NCBI GenBank assembly: GCA_964016885.1
Contig: OZ024758.1
Location: 5,518,001-5,582,000 of the forward strand
Direction: 5' to 3'
Length of the DNA: 64,000 nucleotides
DNA from: Eledone cirrhosa
Taxonomy: Eukaryota
A program made the translations under genes and the position numbers. This document shows, piece after piece, positions 27,573 through 39,638 of this stretch. How positions within the stretch are numbered: the first letter of the stretch is position 1; each line of letters opens with the position of its first letter. The notes under the pieces are model-generated. The model searched no databases, was not told the DNA's origin, and worked only from the letters and a program-made list of their open reading frames with translations.

Positions 27573-27648
<76 letters not shown>

Positions 27649-27741
27649 CAAAGAGTTATATAATTTGTTGGTTATTCAACAAATTTATTTATAACAGATT
27701 CAAAGCACTCTACAGAATTCTTCTGGAGTATAATATCAATA

Positions 27742-27809
<68 letters not shown>

Positions 27810-27817
27810 TATATATT

Positions 27818-27875
<58 letters not shown>

Positions 27876-30800
27876 CATATATATATGTCTAAACCCATGC
27901 TAGCGTGGAAGATAGACGTTAAACGATGATGATGATGATGATGATGATAAATCCATAAAAGAAAATTTATCTGACCTTTAACAGTCTTTTTGTCAATATA
28001 ACATCTGGTGATGATTTCTCTGGCATCTCGTCTTTATCAGATGGAGAAGTTTCAGGTTTATACAATAACTTTGTTGAGTGTCTTTCTAGTTTGAAATGTT
28101 TAGACATTTGCTGTGGAACCAAAAGAAACACCAGAAATGAAATAGTTGTGCAGAACAGAACAAACTCTAACAAAATAACTAAATAATTGTTTCTACTTTA
28201 GGCACAAGGCCAGCAATTATCCCAGTGCATTACTGGTACTTTATTTTATTGACTCCGCAAGGATGAAAAGCAAAGTTAACCTCGGCGGGATTTGAACTCG
28301 GGGCGTAAAGGGCCATAACTCGAAGTTAGCTTTGCCTTTCATCCTTACAGGGTCGATAAAATAATGTACCAGTAATGCATTGGAGTTGAGTTAAAATTTT
28401 TAAATGCTGAACTTGTATCAAAAGTAGAAATAATTATCACAAATGTTAGAATAAATGAGTTTAGTAAACTTTACCTTCGTTAAAGTGCTGGGGTTTACTT
28501 TACTTTCCTTGAGGTGTTTAGACTGTTTGGGCTTCTTAGATTTTCTACTGCGCTGTTCAGCCTCCATTCTAAGAATATAAAAATAACACTGAAAGATGTA
28601 AAACTTTAAAATATCTCTCTCAGTATATTTTGATTTATTTATTTGAAATTGCTTTAAACCAATGAGTAAAATCATAAAAGAGAGATGAGTAAGACTAAAT
28701 AACATATTTCCCAGCATCAGTACTGAAATGAAGACCCCTTAAACATTTAGCATTCACATTACTCTATATATACTATTGTATTTTTGTAGTAAACACTTTA
28801 TCTTACATAATTATCTCACATAACAATTCTATGAGATTTTGATATTATTTATTTTGAGAACAATACCGTAACATCAGTATAAGCGGCCAGTTTCAACTGG
28901 TTTGAACAGAAAGAGGGGAGACATTTCTGGCCAGATATGGCCGGTTTGAATGCTAAAGGGTTAAGACAATAATTTTGATCTGAAGGAAGAGTGACAAAGA
29001 TCATCAACAACTTTACAACATGTACTATCAGCAACACTAGGGAGGGTGTCATGTCCTTGCCAAGATAAATAATGAGAAAGTTAGTTATTTTACCAAACCT
29101 TTCCTTATTTTACTGAGTTCCACTCAGTCTGGAACCAGTACTAATAAGGACTCAAAATGCTTAATTCTATTTTGAAGAATATTCAGAAGTTTAATCCTTT
29201 TGTTACCATATTTCTAATGAAAGACACTGCATAGGATTGTCAAATAATCTTGAAAATAATCAATAATTTGTAAGGATTTCGTAAAATTCTCAATAACCTC
29301 ATGTTTGGAGAATAACCAAGCTTTGTAAGCCTCCTTCTTTGCTCAAGCAGCATCCTTGACCTCTTGTTTAGAAAATAACTTAACAAATGTTCTTTCATCA
29401 ATTTCTGATACATTTAACCAGGGTCAGGCCTGTTTGAAATAACAAGCAAACCTCTCTAAAATCACACCCTACCCTATTAAAAATGAAAGGACACAAAATT
29501 ATTAACCATCTTGCCAAAAACAACCCTGAGCACTTTTTTGATTTCCATGTGTCTAAAACACGTGGGCATGCCAACAAAGTGAGAAAACAACACAGCTCCC
29601 ATGACTTTTGGAAACATTTTTTCACGCTCAGAGTTGCTGAAGCACGGAACACACTACCTGCATCAGTTGTTATCTGCCGAGACACTGCATCCTTTAAAAC
29701 CTCCATGCTTCCTGAAATTCGCCAACACTACACCTAATATTCCTCCTCCATACACACGCACACATGTATATCATGACTCATACACTGTTCATTTTCCTGA
29801 AATTTGCACATCATTCTATGTACTATACATGCACCTTTGATGTAGTGCACCTGAGCACTGTACACAATCATTTCATTATTATCATAAAAATGTAGTCCTA
29901 GATACAGCATGCATTTAAAGTAACATCAGAAAAAATATTTCAAAACTTGTAAGTACATTATTCTATGTACTATACATGCACCTTTGATGAGTTGTAGTGC
30001 ACCTGAGCACTGTACACAATAATTTCATTATTATTATTATTATTTAAAATAAAAAATGACTTTTGCATAAAGTTCTCCTTTTACAGACCGTCATGAAAAG
30101 GATGGTAGTTTTTTTTACTATAATCCATCTTAATGTCCTCATTAGCTTGATTAGCTCATTCTCAATAATAAACCACTTCATTCCATTCCTAAGAACATTT
30201 CATTCTCTTCTTAAATAGTGTATCATAATTTTTTCCTTTATGCACCTTTTTTATATTTTAATTTTATACACGGCTAGTGAAATAAATTTATCACAATGCA
30301 ATTGTAACCTAAGCAAACATGAAAGAACAGCCAAACTCCCACTGTCATCACCTCCATCTCTCCGTATGGTGAGCAATGGGGTCCCACGTGCTGGCCTCCC
30401 CATGGCCCAAGCGGACAGAATGGAGAAGGCGTTTCCCCGTTGAACGGTAAGGGAGATGCACTGGAAGAGCCATTCCATCTCACACCTGCGGCTGGCCAGC
30501 TCAGCGCCTATGGTGGTGAGTAGGAAGGTAGCCCTAGGGCCAAAGACACCAGGAGTCTCCACTGCCAAGGGCACGACTGCAAACCTGTCAGAGAGCGACC
30601 AGTATTTGGAGAGTTTGGCCTCCTCAGCCCGACATGCAGCAGAACCTGGGTTAGTCGCAGACTGCACCAGGTTGCGGCTGGAGGTGGCATCCTAGACGAA
30701 GAGTTTGTCACCACGGAACGGGAAGATGATCATGCCAAAAAATACCAATATGAATGTGATGGAATGGTCATAGCTGGAATAGTTCTGATTATAGATAAGA

Positions 30801-32781
30801 GAAAACATTTTAGGTCTGCTAAATCATGGCTGCCTTGTACTAAATGACTAAAACAACAACAAAAACAACTACTACTACCCATGTAATAATTTGGAGCCAG
30901 TTGGTGCTTCTTGTATTACAGGAACTTCCATTTCTTTTGCTTCTTCCTCAAGAATATTCACTCGAGCTGAGTCATCAACAAGATCCCTACTTTCTTCACA
31001 GTAATGTCTTGTTGCCCAATTATCAATCTCTGGTTGTTTGGGTTCTAAAATTGAAGTTTAAAGAAAATTAAAATAAAAAACACCAAAAACAAATTGAATT
31101 GATAAAATATATCTATAAGATATATTGTACCAATAACAGAACACTGTCACAATACTAACTATAAGATATATTGTACCAATAACAGAACACTGTCACAATA
31201 CTAACTATAAGATATATTGTACCAATAACAGAACACTGTCACAATACTAACTATAAGATATATTGTACCAATAACAGAACACTGTCACAATACTAACTAT
31301 AAGATATATTGTACCAATAACAGAACACTGTCACAATACTAACTATAAGATATATTGTACCAATAACAGAACACTGTCACAATACTAACTATAAGATATA
31401 TTGTACCAATAACAGAACACTGTCACAATACTAACTATAAGATATATTGTACCAATAACAGAACACTGTCACAATACTAACTATAAGATATATTGTACCA
31501 ATAACAGAACACTGTCACAATACTAACTAACTATAAGATATATTGTACCAATAGTAGAACACTGTCACAATACTAACTATAAGATACAATGTACCAATAA
31601 CAGAACACTGTCACAATACTAACTAACTATAAGATACAATGTACCAATAGCAGATACAATGTCAGGAAAGTAAACAGTGTATGGGTCATGATATACATGT
31701 GTGTGTGTGTGTATGGGGGGGGGGGTGCATCAGGTGCAGTGTTGGCGAATCTCAGGAAGCATGGAGGTTTTAAAGGATGCAGTGTCTCGACAGCTAACAA
31801 TTGATGCAGGTAGTTTGTTCCGTGCTTCAGCAACTCTAATAAAATCCATTGTAGGTATGTAACTGTCAAATAAAAGTTTACAAATGTTATAACAAACAGA
31901 TTCTTGTTTCATTCGTCTTCATAATACATACAGGAATCGCAAACACGGGGTTCTAAAAACCTTCGCTAAGTATAAACCACTACCACCCTACAGACAACTG
32001 ACGCTGCACACCAGGTCCGAACACGGAAGAGCCGAACTCCCACTGTTATCGCCTCCATCTCTCTCACCCTACCCCATCTCTCTGTATTGAGCAACTGGGG
32101 TCCCATGTGCTGGCCACCCCGGGGCCCTGGTGGACAGAATGGAGAAAGCGTTTCCCCAGAGGATGGTAAGGGAGATGCACTGCTGAGTAAGAAATAGATG
32201 TAGAAATAGAAAGGTTTACCGATACTTGGAATCCAACCAGGTTCCAAAATAGGACTGATTTGAGATTCATCTCGTCTCAGGAAGTTCCACTGGAATAAAT
32301 AGAAATTGGTTTATTTTAGTGAAGTTAAATGTGTCATTTGTTAATTTAGACATATATTAGTGATGGTGGTGGTGGTGGTGGTGTAGTGTGGTGGTGGTGA
32401 GAAGAAGGTGATAAAGGATAGTCTTGGGTGTAGCCATAGAAATTTAAATGGTCAGTGGAAGGCAGGTGGTGAGTGTGGGCATGAGTGTATAGGGGGTCAG
32501 TAAAAAATATTGATGGAAGGAATATACATATATATACAATTATATGCCAACATGCAAACATATCTATACATACATACATCTAAAACCACTTATACAAATG
32601 CTATCATCATCATTGTTTAACGTCTATCTTCCACGCTAGCATGGGTTAGACAGTTATCTTTTTTAAATAGTATACAGGAGAATGTCTTCTGATGAACAAG
32701 CCGGACGTTTCTGTAAGGATCGTCTAGTTTCCTGAAACCTTTGGTAATGGAATAATTATATTGTGTTGTTTATTATGTAAT

Positions 32782-32818
<37 letters not shown>

Positions 32819-33677
32819 ATGTATGTAAAATATAAACAGAAATAACAACACAATCAGTACAGTTTATGAAAGGAATATATTAGATTAACGCTTGATATAG
32901 CAGGAAGAGGGTTTTAAAGTTTTGGACACTAGTCCTTCATCAGAAGAAAGAATGAGAAATCAGAAAGATTGAAGAGACGAGCGGGTGGAATTGGAAAAAA
33001 TGTCTTTAGCTAAAAATAACAGGTCCATTCATGTTGACATTTCTTTATGTAGAAAGAGAGAGTATAGAACTTTTTGAAGCCTAACACACACATGCTCACA
33101 CATGTCTGTGGATGTCAATGACTGAAGAATTAAATACTATTTACTTCAACAATTAGTGAGAGGGCATCTATTGCAGCGTTGACTGTGTAGGGAAGAAGTT
33201 GACGTTCCAGGTAAATCTCAAACCCTTTATTCAGTACAGTATCTATAATTTCATCAACTATGTCACCAGCACAATCTTCATTTTTCGACACTTCTTGAAT
33301 ATCTAACCTGAAGAAGATAGAAAAGTAAAGAAAAATTATTTAGAAAGTGTTAACTCTTTAGCATTTAAACCGGCCAGAATTCTTTCACCTCTTTCTGTTC
33401 AAACCAGTCATAACTGGCCGCTCATACTGACTTTAAGGTATTGTTCTAAAAATAAATAACATCAAAATCTCATAGATTCGATATTATGTGAAATAATTAT
33501 GTGAGGTAAAGCCATTAACACAAAAATACAACAGTATATATATAGAGTAATGTAAATGCTAAAGGGTTAAGGCTTCTTACATTGAGTGAGGGGGTGAGTG
33601 AGAGAGATAGAGGGGCAGTGATAGAGAGAGAGGGGGGTGAAAGAGAGAGTGGGTGGGTGAGAGAGATAGAGGGGCGG

Positions 33678-33714
<37 letters not shown>

Positions 33715-33854
33715 TAGATAATCAGAATCAGAAATGATAACAACAACATTTACCATTGTTGCTCTGAGAGTTTTCCAGGAATGATATCAGGTTGAATCAC
33801 AGTTGTCTGTTGATTCTGTGCTTGCTTCGTTCGTTCCGCTTTTGGTTTTTGCAT
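21374..33854 (-). CDS. C2orf81: C2orf81-like / DUF4639 family protein, 11 coding exons
   Basis: Minus-strand exons 33854-33754, 33307-33145, 32289-32220, 31044-30879, 28568-28475, 28110-27976, 27510-27410, 26166-26042, 25211-25141, 22801-22730 and 21526-21374(TGA) are all GT-AG and phase-consistent. The N-terminus [12 protein letters not shown]...[12 protein letters not shown]...[14 protein letters not shown]...[11 protein letters not shown]...[11 protein letters not shown] matches the C2orf81 N-terminal pattern as I recall it. A probable non-coding first exon ends at 34970 (gtgagt donor). Confidence 0.88.
22173..22216 (-). ncRNA. Minimal type I hammerhead ribozyme (family 2)
   Basis: Minus strand reads ACTGTA CTGATGA a-GGGT-aatc-ACCC-a GAAA CAGTG TC TGCAGT: 6-bp stem I, GUC triplet, very short stem III, and an A-A mismatch at the base of stem II. 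Confidence 0.65.
23538..24013. mobile_element. hAT-type MITE with an internal 31-bp tandem expansion
   Basis: TIR CAGGCATGTCAAAC / GTTTCACATGCCTG and 8-bp TSD CTGTAATG on both sides. About 10 copies of ATGTGGCCCTCAGACAACACATATGTGACCC lie at ~23675-23990. Confidence 0.85.
24504..24842. mobile_element. piggyBac-type MITE (TTAA target, CCC...GGG ends); further copies at ~6840-7050, 7597-7805, 25724-25982, 28745-28960, 33354-33566 and 42885-43165
   Basis: TTAA|CCCTTTAGCATTTA ... TAAATGCTAAAGGG|TTAA; a conserved ~210-bp body recurs about 7 times in both orientations. Confidence 0.8.
29488..29885 (+). mobile_element. CR1/L2-group LINE 3' fragment; related pieces at ~2828-2990, 22910-23190(-), 31655-31840(-), 47270-47630 and 48060-48230
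   Basis: TRGHANKV...[20 protein letters not shown]...ASFK C-terminal motif, with a conserved 3' UTR ending in (ATT)n. Confidence 0.8.
30274..30740 (-). mobile_element. CRE-clade 3' fragment; shorter 3' pieces at ~16255-16358, 31930-32185, 37545-37790 (all -) and 37790-38140 (+)
   Basis: [29 protein letters not shown]...[19 protein letters not shown] is the typical CRE/REL C-terminal motif. The 16.3 kb piece reads GAWLFQRLSLAITRGNAASVL. Confidence 0.8.
31113..31655. repeat. 46-bp tandem repeat (~11.5 copies)
   Basis: Unit CTATAAGATATATTGTACCAATAACAGAACACTGTCACAATACTAA, with nearly identical copies. Confidence 0.95.
32689..32755 (+). ncRNA. Hammerhead ribozyme, family 3, with damaged or truncated 5' stem I
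   Basis: CTGATGA...GGACG/CGTCT...GAAA CC-TTT-GG TA ATGGAATAA. Near-identical to the inverted copy at 34453-34528 but lacks the complementary stem I 5' arm. Confidence 0.55.
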
Positions 33855-34297
33855 GACTTACTGCAATTAAAAGGAAAAGATTCAAAAATACAAAGAAACA
33901 ATATTTACCCTATATAAGCCGAACCTCGATTTTATGTCAGAGAAAAGAGCAAACATTCAAACCCCGTTTATAAGCCGAGGCAGCTAATCAACACATTATG
34001 TTTAGATGGCGAATATAAGCCGACACTTATAGTCGAGTATAAAAGAGGTAACTAGATTATGGGCAGGCATAGCCGTGTGCTTAAAAAGTTTCCTTTGCAA
34101 CCACATAGTTCTATCTTAATATATATATATATATACGAAAAGTATAACCCCGGCGGCAGAGCTCAAGCCGTTTCGGCGGCTATTTCTTGAGCTCTGCCGT
34201 CGGGGTCATACTTTTTCCTATTTCCCACTCTACTACCCTAAGTATTGAGTACTCTGGTGCGTTATAGTCCATCTGGTTCCTTACCACAATTCCTTTG

Positions 34298-34330
<33 letters not shown>

Positions 34331-34368
34331 GAAACGGCTTGAGCTCAGCCGTCGGGGTCCTACTCGTT

Positions 34369-34426
<58 letters not shown>

Positions 34427-34452
34427 ATTACTTAATAAACAACACAATGTAA

Positions 34453-34528
34453 TTATTCCATTACCAAAGGTTTCAGGAAACTAGACGATCCTTACAGAAA
34501 CGTCTGGCCCGTTCATCAGATGAAACAA
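34453..34528 (-). ncRNA. Type I hammerhead ribozyme (family 3)
   Basis: Minus strand reads TTGTTTCAT CTGATGA A..AGACG..CGTCT..T GAAA CC-TTT-GG TA ATGGAATAA: 9-bp stem I with two G-U pairs and a GUA triplet. Confidence 0.72.
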
Positions 34529-34630
34529 TAGCTATTTGATCAAGCCGTTTCGACGGCTATTTCTGGACTAAATAGTCCAGAAATAGCCGTCGAAACGGCT
34601 TGAGCTCTGCCGTCGGGGGTCATACTTTTT

Positions 34631-34695
<65 letters not shown>

Positions 34696-35081
34696 ATTCG
34701 TTAGAATATTTATTTTTCGGAGTTTCTTATCATGTACGATTCTTCAGATAAAAAATAAAATAGAATAGAATAAAAAATAAAATAAAATAAAGTCGCACTT
34801 CGGGCAAAAGACTCTAAGTAAACGACGGAAGGAATTATATAAATAAACTTATAAACTTTACTATACATATTGAGTACTTTCTTGTTTGCTTACCCAAAAA
34901 GCACGTGTATGTATATATATATGTATGTATGCAGTAGAAATTAACAATCATATCAAAATTCGAACTCACTGTTTATCGAGGAAAGAAAGTTTGAGCAAGG
35001 CAAAATTTAACCAATTAACTCGACAACATCCCACTGAAAGTGAGTTACAATATTAATTGAACAATTAAACAAACAACTTCG

Positions 35082-35408
35082 TGTTTACATTTTATCCCGC
35101 AGTCGGTTTCTGTGGCAACGTAGGATAAAAGAAAAAAAATACCTTAAAATATAATTAACAAAACTAAATTATCAAACATAAAAATATATTTTAGTTATGT
35201 AAAATACACAAAAAAAATAATAATCTTGTAGTTGAAATATTATTGAAAATTAAAATTTATTGTTATATTACTTTAAAAAAGTGAATCCGTTAGACCGGAT
35301 AAAGTTTTCCTTCAGTTCATTGCCTTAACAACATGTCTTTCTCATCTGTTGATGGTATTTAGTTGAAAGAAAACAAATCTGTTGCCTATTAGAGTAAGAC
35401 AGTAAACA
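35082..35408. promoter_or_regulatory. Bidirectional promoter with RFX X-box and Forkhead-type motifs
   Basis: GTTTCTGTGGCAAC (35106-35119) fits the X-box, and ATTGCCTTAACAAC (35319-35332) is a weaker match. TGTTTAC (35082-35088) and GTAAACA (~35402) are Forkhead-type motifs. The region lies between two divergent genes. Confidence 0.55.
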
Positions 35409-35864
35409 GATCAAAGTCTAAGTAAGATTAATTCTTTATATTATTTTATATTAATAATCTTTATGGCTTTTTTTACTTCATTCACATTATAGAATATATC
35501 ACTTGGAAAATTTCATAACTTACTCGAAACAATTGATACAAATACCACCGAAATATATTATATATATATACCGTGTATATATATATATACGTATATATAT
35601 ACTTTTATTATACACATATATATATACACATAGACACACCCACACACGAGGGTCAGTTGAAAAGTTCATCGTAAGATTTCACAGCCCTAGCATCTTTCAC
35701 ACTCCTTCATAGTCAGCTTATGAACTATTTAACCTGTATTTTATGAGGTTGCTTGCAGCAACAAGTTTTGTGTTTCACATTCACATATCTGTGCGCTTAT
35801 ATCGTAATGAAATCAACTTTTCTGTTTGTTCGGTATTGATAAACAAGTATTAGAAATATATTGA

Positions 35865-36140
35865 GGTCACGCTAGTGCGAGATCACTCTAGTGGGGTCAC
35901 TTTTGTGTAGTCACTCTTTGAGATCACTCTAGTGGGGTCACTTTTGTGTGGTCACTCTTGTGCGGTCACTCTAGTGGGGTCACTATCGTGTGGTCATTCT
36001 AGTGGGGTCACTCTAGTGGGGTCACTTTTGTGTGGTCACTCTTGTGCGGTCACTCTAGTGGGGTCACTTTTGTGTGGTCACTCTTGTGCGGTCACTCTAG
36101 TGGGGTCACTATCGTGTGGTCATTCTAGTGGGGTCACTCC
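35865..36140. repeat. 14-bp-unit compound tandem repeat
   Basis: Variants of GGTCACTCTAGTGG / GGTCACTTTTGTGT / GGTCACTCTTGTGC in a higher-order pattern. Confidence 0.9.
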
Positions 36141-38574
36141 CATAAAAGTCGGGAATTAAAGAAGTAGAGAACCTCCTGAGATATTTTACAAGTTGAGATG
36201 GTGGCAGTCTCAGATTTTGCTTTTCGTCACTCAAAATGTCAGTAAGGATGAAAGGCAAAGTTTAACCTCGGCGGGATTTGAACTGATTAACATAATTGTT
36301 TCTACTTCTGGCACAAGACCAGCGATTACCCCAGTGCATCACTGGTACTTTATTTTATCGACCCTGTAAGGATGAAAAGCAAAGTTAACCTCGGCGGGAT
36401 TTGAACTCAGATCATAAACTGATTAACATAATGTTGACTACTTAATATTTATGTAATTAAGTAATAGATATATATGTATGTGTGTGTTAAGTAATAGATA
36501 TATATGTATGTGTGTGTTAAGTAATAGATATATATGTATGTGTGTGTTAAGTAATAGATATATATGTATGTGTGTGTTAAGTGATAGATATATATGTTCA
36601 TGTGTTGAATATCGACAGCTATGGTGTTTGTGTTTGTAATTTAAAGCTATCTATATTAGCATATTTGTTGGGGGAGAAAAAATGTGAACTTTACTATTAT
36701 GTAGCTTCAGTTTTACTGTTTGTAAATATATATTTATTTAATATAAAGTGTCATAGAAGCTGAATGATTAAGATCTGACTACCTGTCCGTATTAGAAGTG
36801 ATTTTATAATTATTGCAGATGTTACGGTCTGAGTTCAAATCCAGCCGAGGTTAACTTTACCTTTCATCCTTACGGGGTCGATAAAATAAAGTACCAGTAA
36901 TGCACTGGTGTCGATTTAATCGACTTTCCCCTCCCCCCAAAATTGCTGGCTTTGTGCCTATACTAGAAATCATAATTACTGTAGATCTTTCATTGACGCT
37001 TTTCGACTGAACATATTCCACATGGCCACATAGTTCGGAATAGGTAGCATCTAATCTAGGAATGTTTTCTCTGATACCCTGGCATTCTATACGGATAGGG
37101 TTTATTCTCTCTTCTGCCTACCACACCATAAAACTTAAGTTTCTTTAACCTTCGAAGGACGATCTTTATATGTGATATAAAGTGTTATGTAATTTAACTT
37201 ACATATCAGACAAATACTTTTTTTAATTTATTACATAAGTCTTGACATTTACTTAATTGTTTCATTTTTCTGGTATATTTTAATCGTTTTCTTGTATTCT
37301 TAAACCATTTTGATACCTTACTATTATGTACAAACACACATTATTTAATACATACACAGACAGACAGGCAATTTCTTGCATAGACATGTTTAAAGAGAGA
37401 GATGGGGGCAGTATTTAGTTACGAAAATTTGAAAAGAGAGTGTCTACGTAATTCTAATTGTGTATAAGCATAGTTAGAGTTTAATCACCAATAGCATCGT
37501 TCATATTTTATTCTTTCAGTCAGTATTACTATCTATCGCCTCATAATTGCAAACACAGGGTTCTAAAAACCTTCGATAAGTACAAACCTCCCTACAGACA
37601 ACTGACGCTGTACACCCGGTCCGAACACGAAAGAGGCCGAACTCCCACTGTCAGCGCCTCCACCTCTCTTGTTCTCCCCATCTCTCTCTATTATGAGCAA
37701 ATGGGGTCCCACGTGCTGGCCGGCACCGGCGGACAGAAGGGAGAAGGCGTTTCCCGGAGGATGGTAAGGGAGATGCGTTAGCAGTGGCCACCGAACTGTT
37801 TGCACCAGCCCCCTTCGAGGCTTCTAGCATTCTTGGTCCCTCTTTGCACCGGTCCCCTTCAAGACCTCTGTCATCCTTGGTCCCTCTTTGCACCGGTCTC
37901 CTTCAAGACCTCTGGCATCCTTGGTCCCTGCTCTGCTGGTTTTCTCCGGAAAGTCGGAAAGACAGTGACCTGCTTGAGATGGGGTGGCTGTTGCAGTGAG
38001 TTTCTCTAGCTATTCTCTTCGGTAACGCTTTTACTGTTTTGTCCGCGGGGTGTAGGGATTGTCCCTCCCCGTTCTCCCTTTCTTTCTTTTTCTCCTTTTC
38101 ATTTCCCTTTTTGTCTTCCCTTTAGTAGTTTGTTTTGTTTTTATTAAATATTTCTCCATTATTTTTATATAATGCTGGCCTTTCATGACATTGTCAGATT
38201 TTGAAGTTAATTATAAAAGCTGTCAATACTTAATTAATTTAATAAATATTATTATTTTAGCGAGATATAAACATTAACCAAGGAGTGGTACAACTTTTCA
38301 CACATCATGCTTCATGTAAATGAAAATGGTATTGGATTTACAAAATTTGAGAAAAAAGGTAACAAAACTTTATCATTTCACTTCAAGTTTCTTGTCTTTA
38401 TCTGATATCACCACCACCATCATCATCATCATCATGGTTTAACGTCCACCTTCCACGCTAGCATGGGTTGGACGGATTGTCCCACTTGAGGCAAGATTGG
38501 TCAGGAGACCGTGTCTCACTCATACAGAACTGTCTCTGGCAGGTTTTCTACGGCTGGATGCCCTTCCTAACACC

Positions 38575-39100
38575 AACCACTCTACAGTGTGGACTGGGTG
38601 CTTTTTGTCATGTCACCTACACTACCACTCTACAGTGTGGACTGGGTGCTTTTTGTCATGTCACCTACACTACCACTTTACAGTGTAGACTGGGTGCTTT
38701 TTGTCATGTCACCTACACTACCACTTTACAGTGTGGACTGGGTGATTTTTGTCATGTCACCTACACTACCACTTTACAGTGTAGACTGGGTGCTTTTTGT
38801 CATGTCACCTACACTACCACTTTACAGTGTGGACTGGGTGCTTTTTGTCATGTCACCTACACTACCACTTTACAGTGTAGACTGGGTGCTTTTTGTCATG
38901 TCACCTACACTACCACTTTACAGTGTGGGCTGGGTGCTTTTTGACATGTCATCTACACTACCACTTTACAGTGTGGACTGGGTGCTTTTTGTCATGTCAC
39001 CTACACGACCACTTTACAGTGTAGACTGGGTGCTTTTTGTCATGTCACCTACACTACCACTTTACAGTGTAGACTGGGTGCTTTTTGTCATGTCACCTAC
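38575..39100. repeat. 48-bp minisatellite (~11 copies) of the same SINE-derived unit; related arrays at ~27000-27270 and 40075-40500
   Basis: Unit ACTGGGTGCTTTTTGTCATGTCACCTACACTACCACTTTACAGTGTGG, preceded by the element end (catcat..tttaacgtccaccttccacgctagcatgggtt) at ~38420. Confidence 0.95.
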
Positions 39101-39429
39101 TTTAACTGTGGTGATAATTTTCAGTGGAAACCTCACTTACTCTATACACTAGAATATAAACTGAGGAATATGTGATTAAAAATAAATCGATAATAGAAGG
39201 GTCAACTTATATTCGAGGTCAATATTTTGAAGATTTTCACCAACTTCAAATTCTACATAAATATGGTTTGGATTTTTGCCCACTTTTTCAGACATAAAAT
39301 ATTGAGGTCAGCTGATATATGAGGATGGCGATTATGACTATAATCTAATGCTAAGCTGAATGCCAAAAAAAAAAACAAGAAATCAAGTGTCTTCTAGAAA
39401 GATTGTTAAAATTCTGATTGCTTGTTAAG

Positions 39430-39638
39430 CATCATCATCACCATCATCATCATCACCATCACCACCACCACCATCATCATCATCACCATCATCATCACGA
39501 TCATCGTCATTACCATCATCATCATCATCACCATCATCACCACCATCATCATCATCACCACCACCATCACCATCACCACCACCACCACCATCATCATCAC
39601 CACCATCATCATCATCACCACCACCATCATCATCATCA
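39430..39638. repeat. (CAT/CAC)n trinucleotide tract
   Basis: Pure CAT/CAC run, intronic to the ENKD1-like gene. Confidence 0.95.

Noticed and set aside
32905-32950. CTGATGA-A-GGAC-tagt-GTCC-AAAAC on the minus strand, a hammerhead-like core
   Set aside because: GAAA is mutated to AAAA and no stem I or III can be drawn; at best a dead relic, so not counted as a ribozyme.
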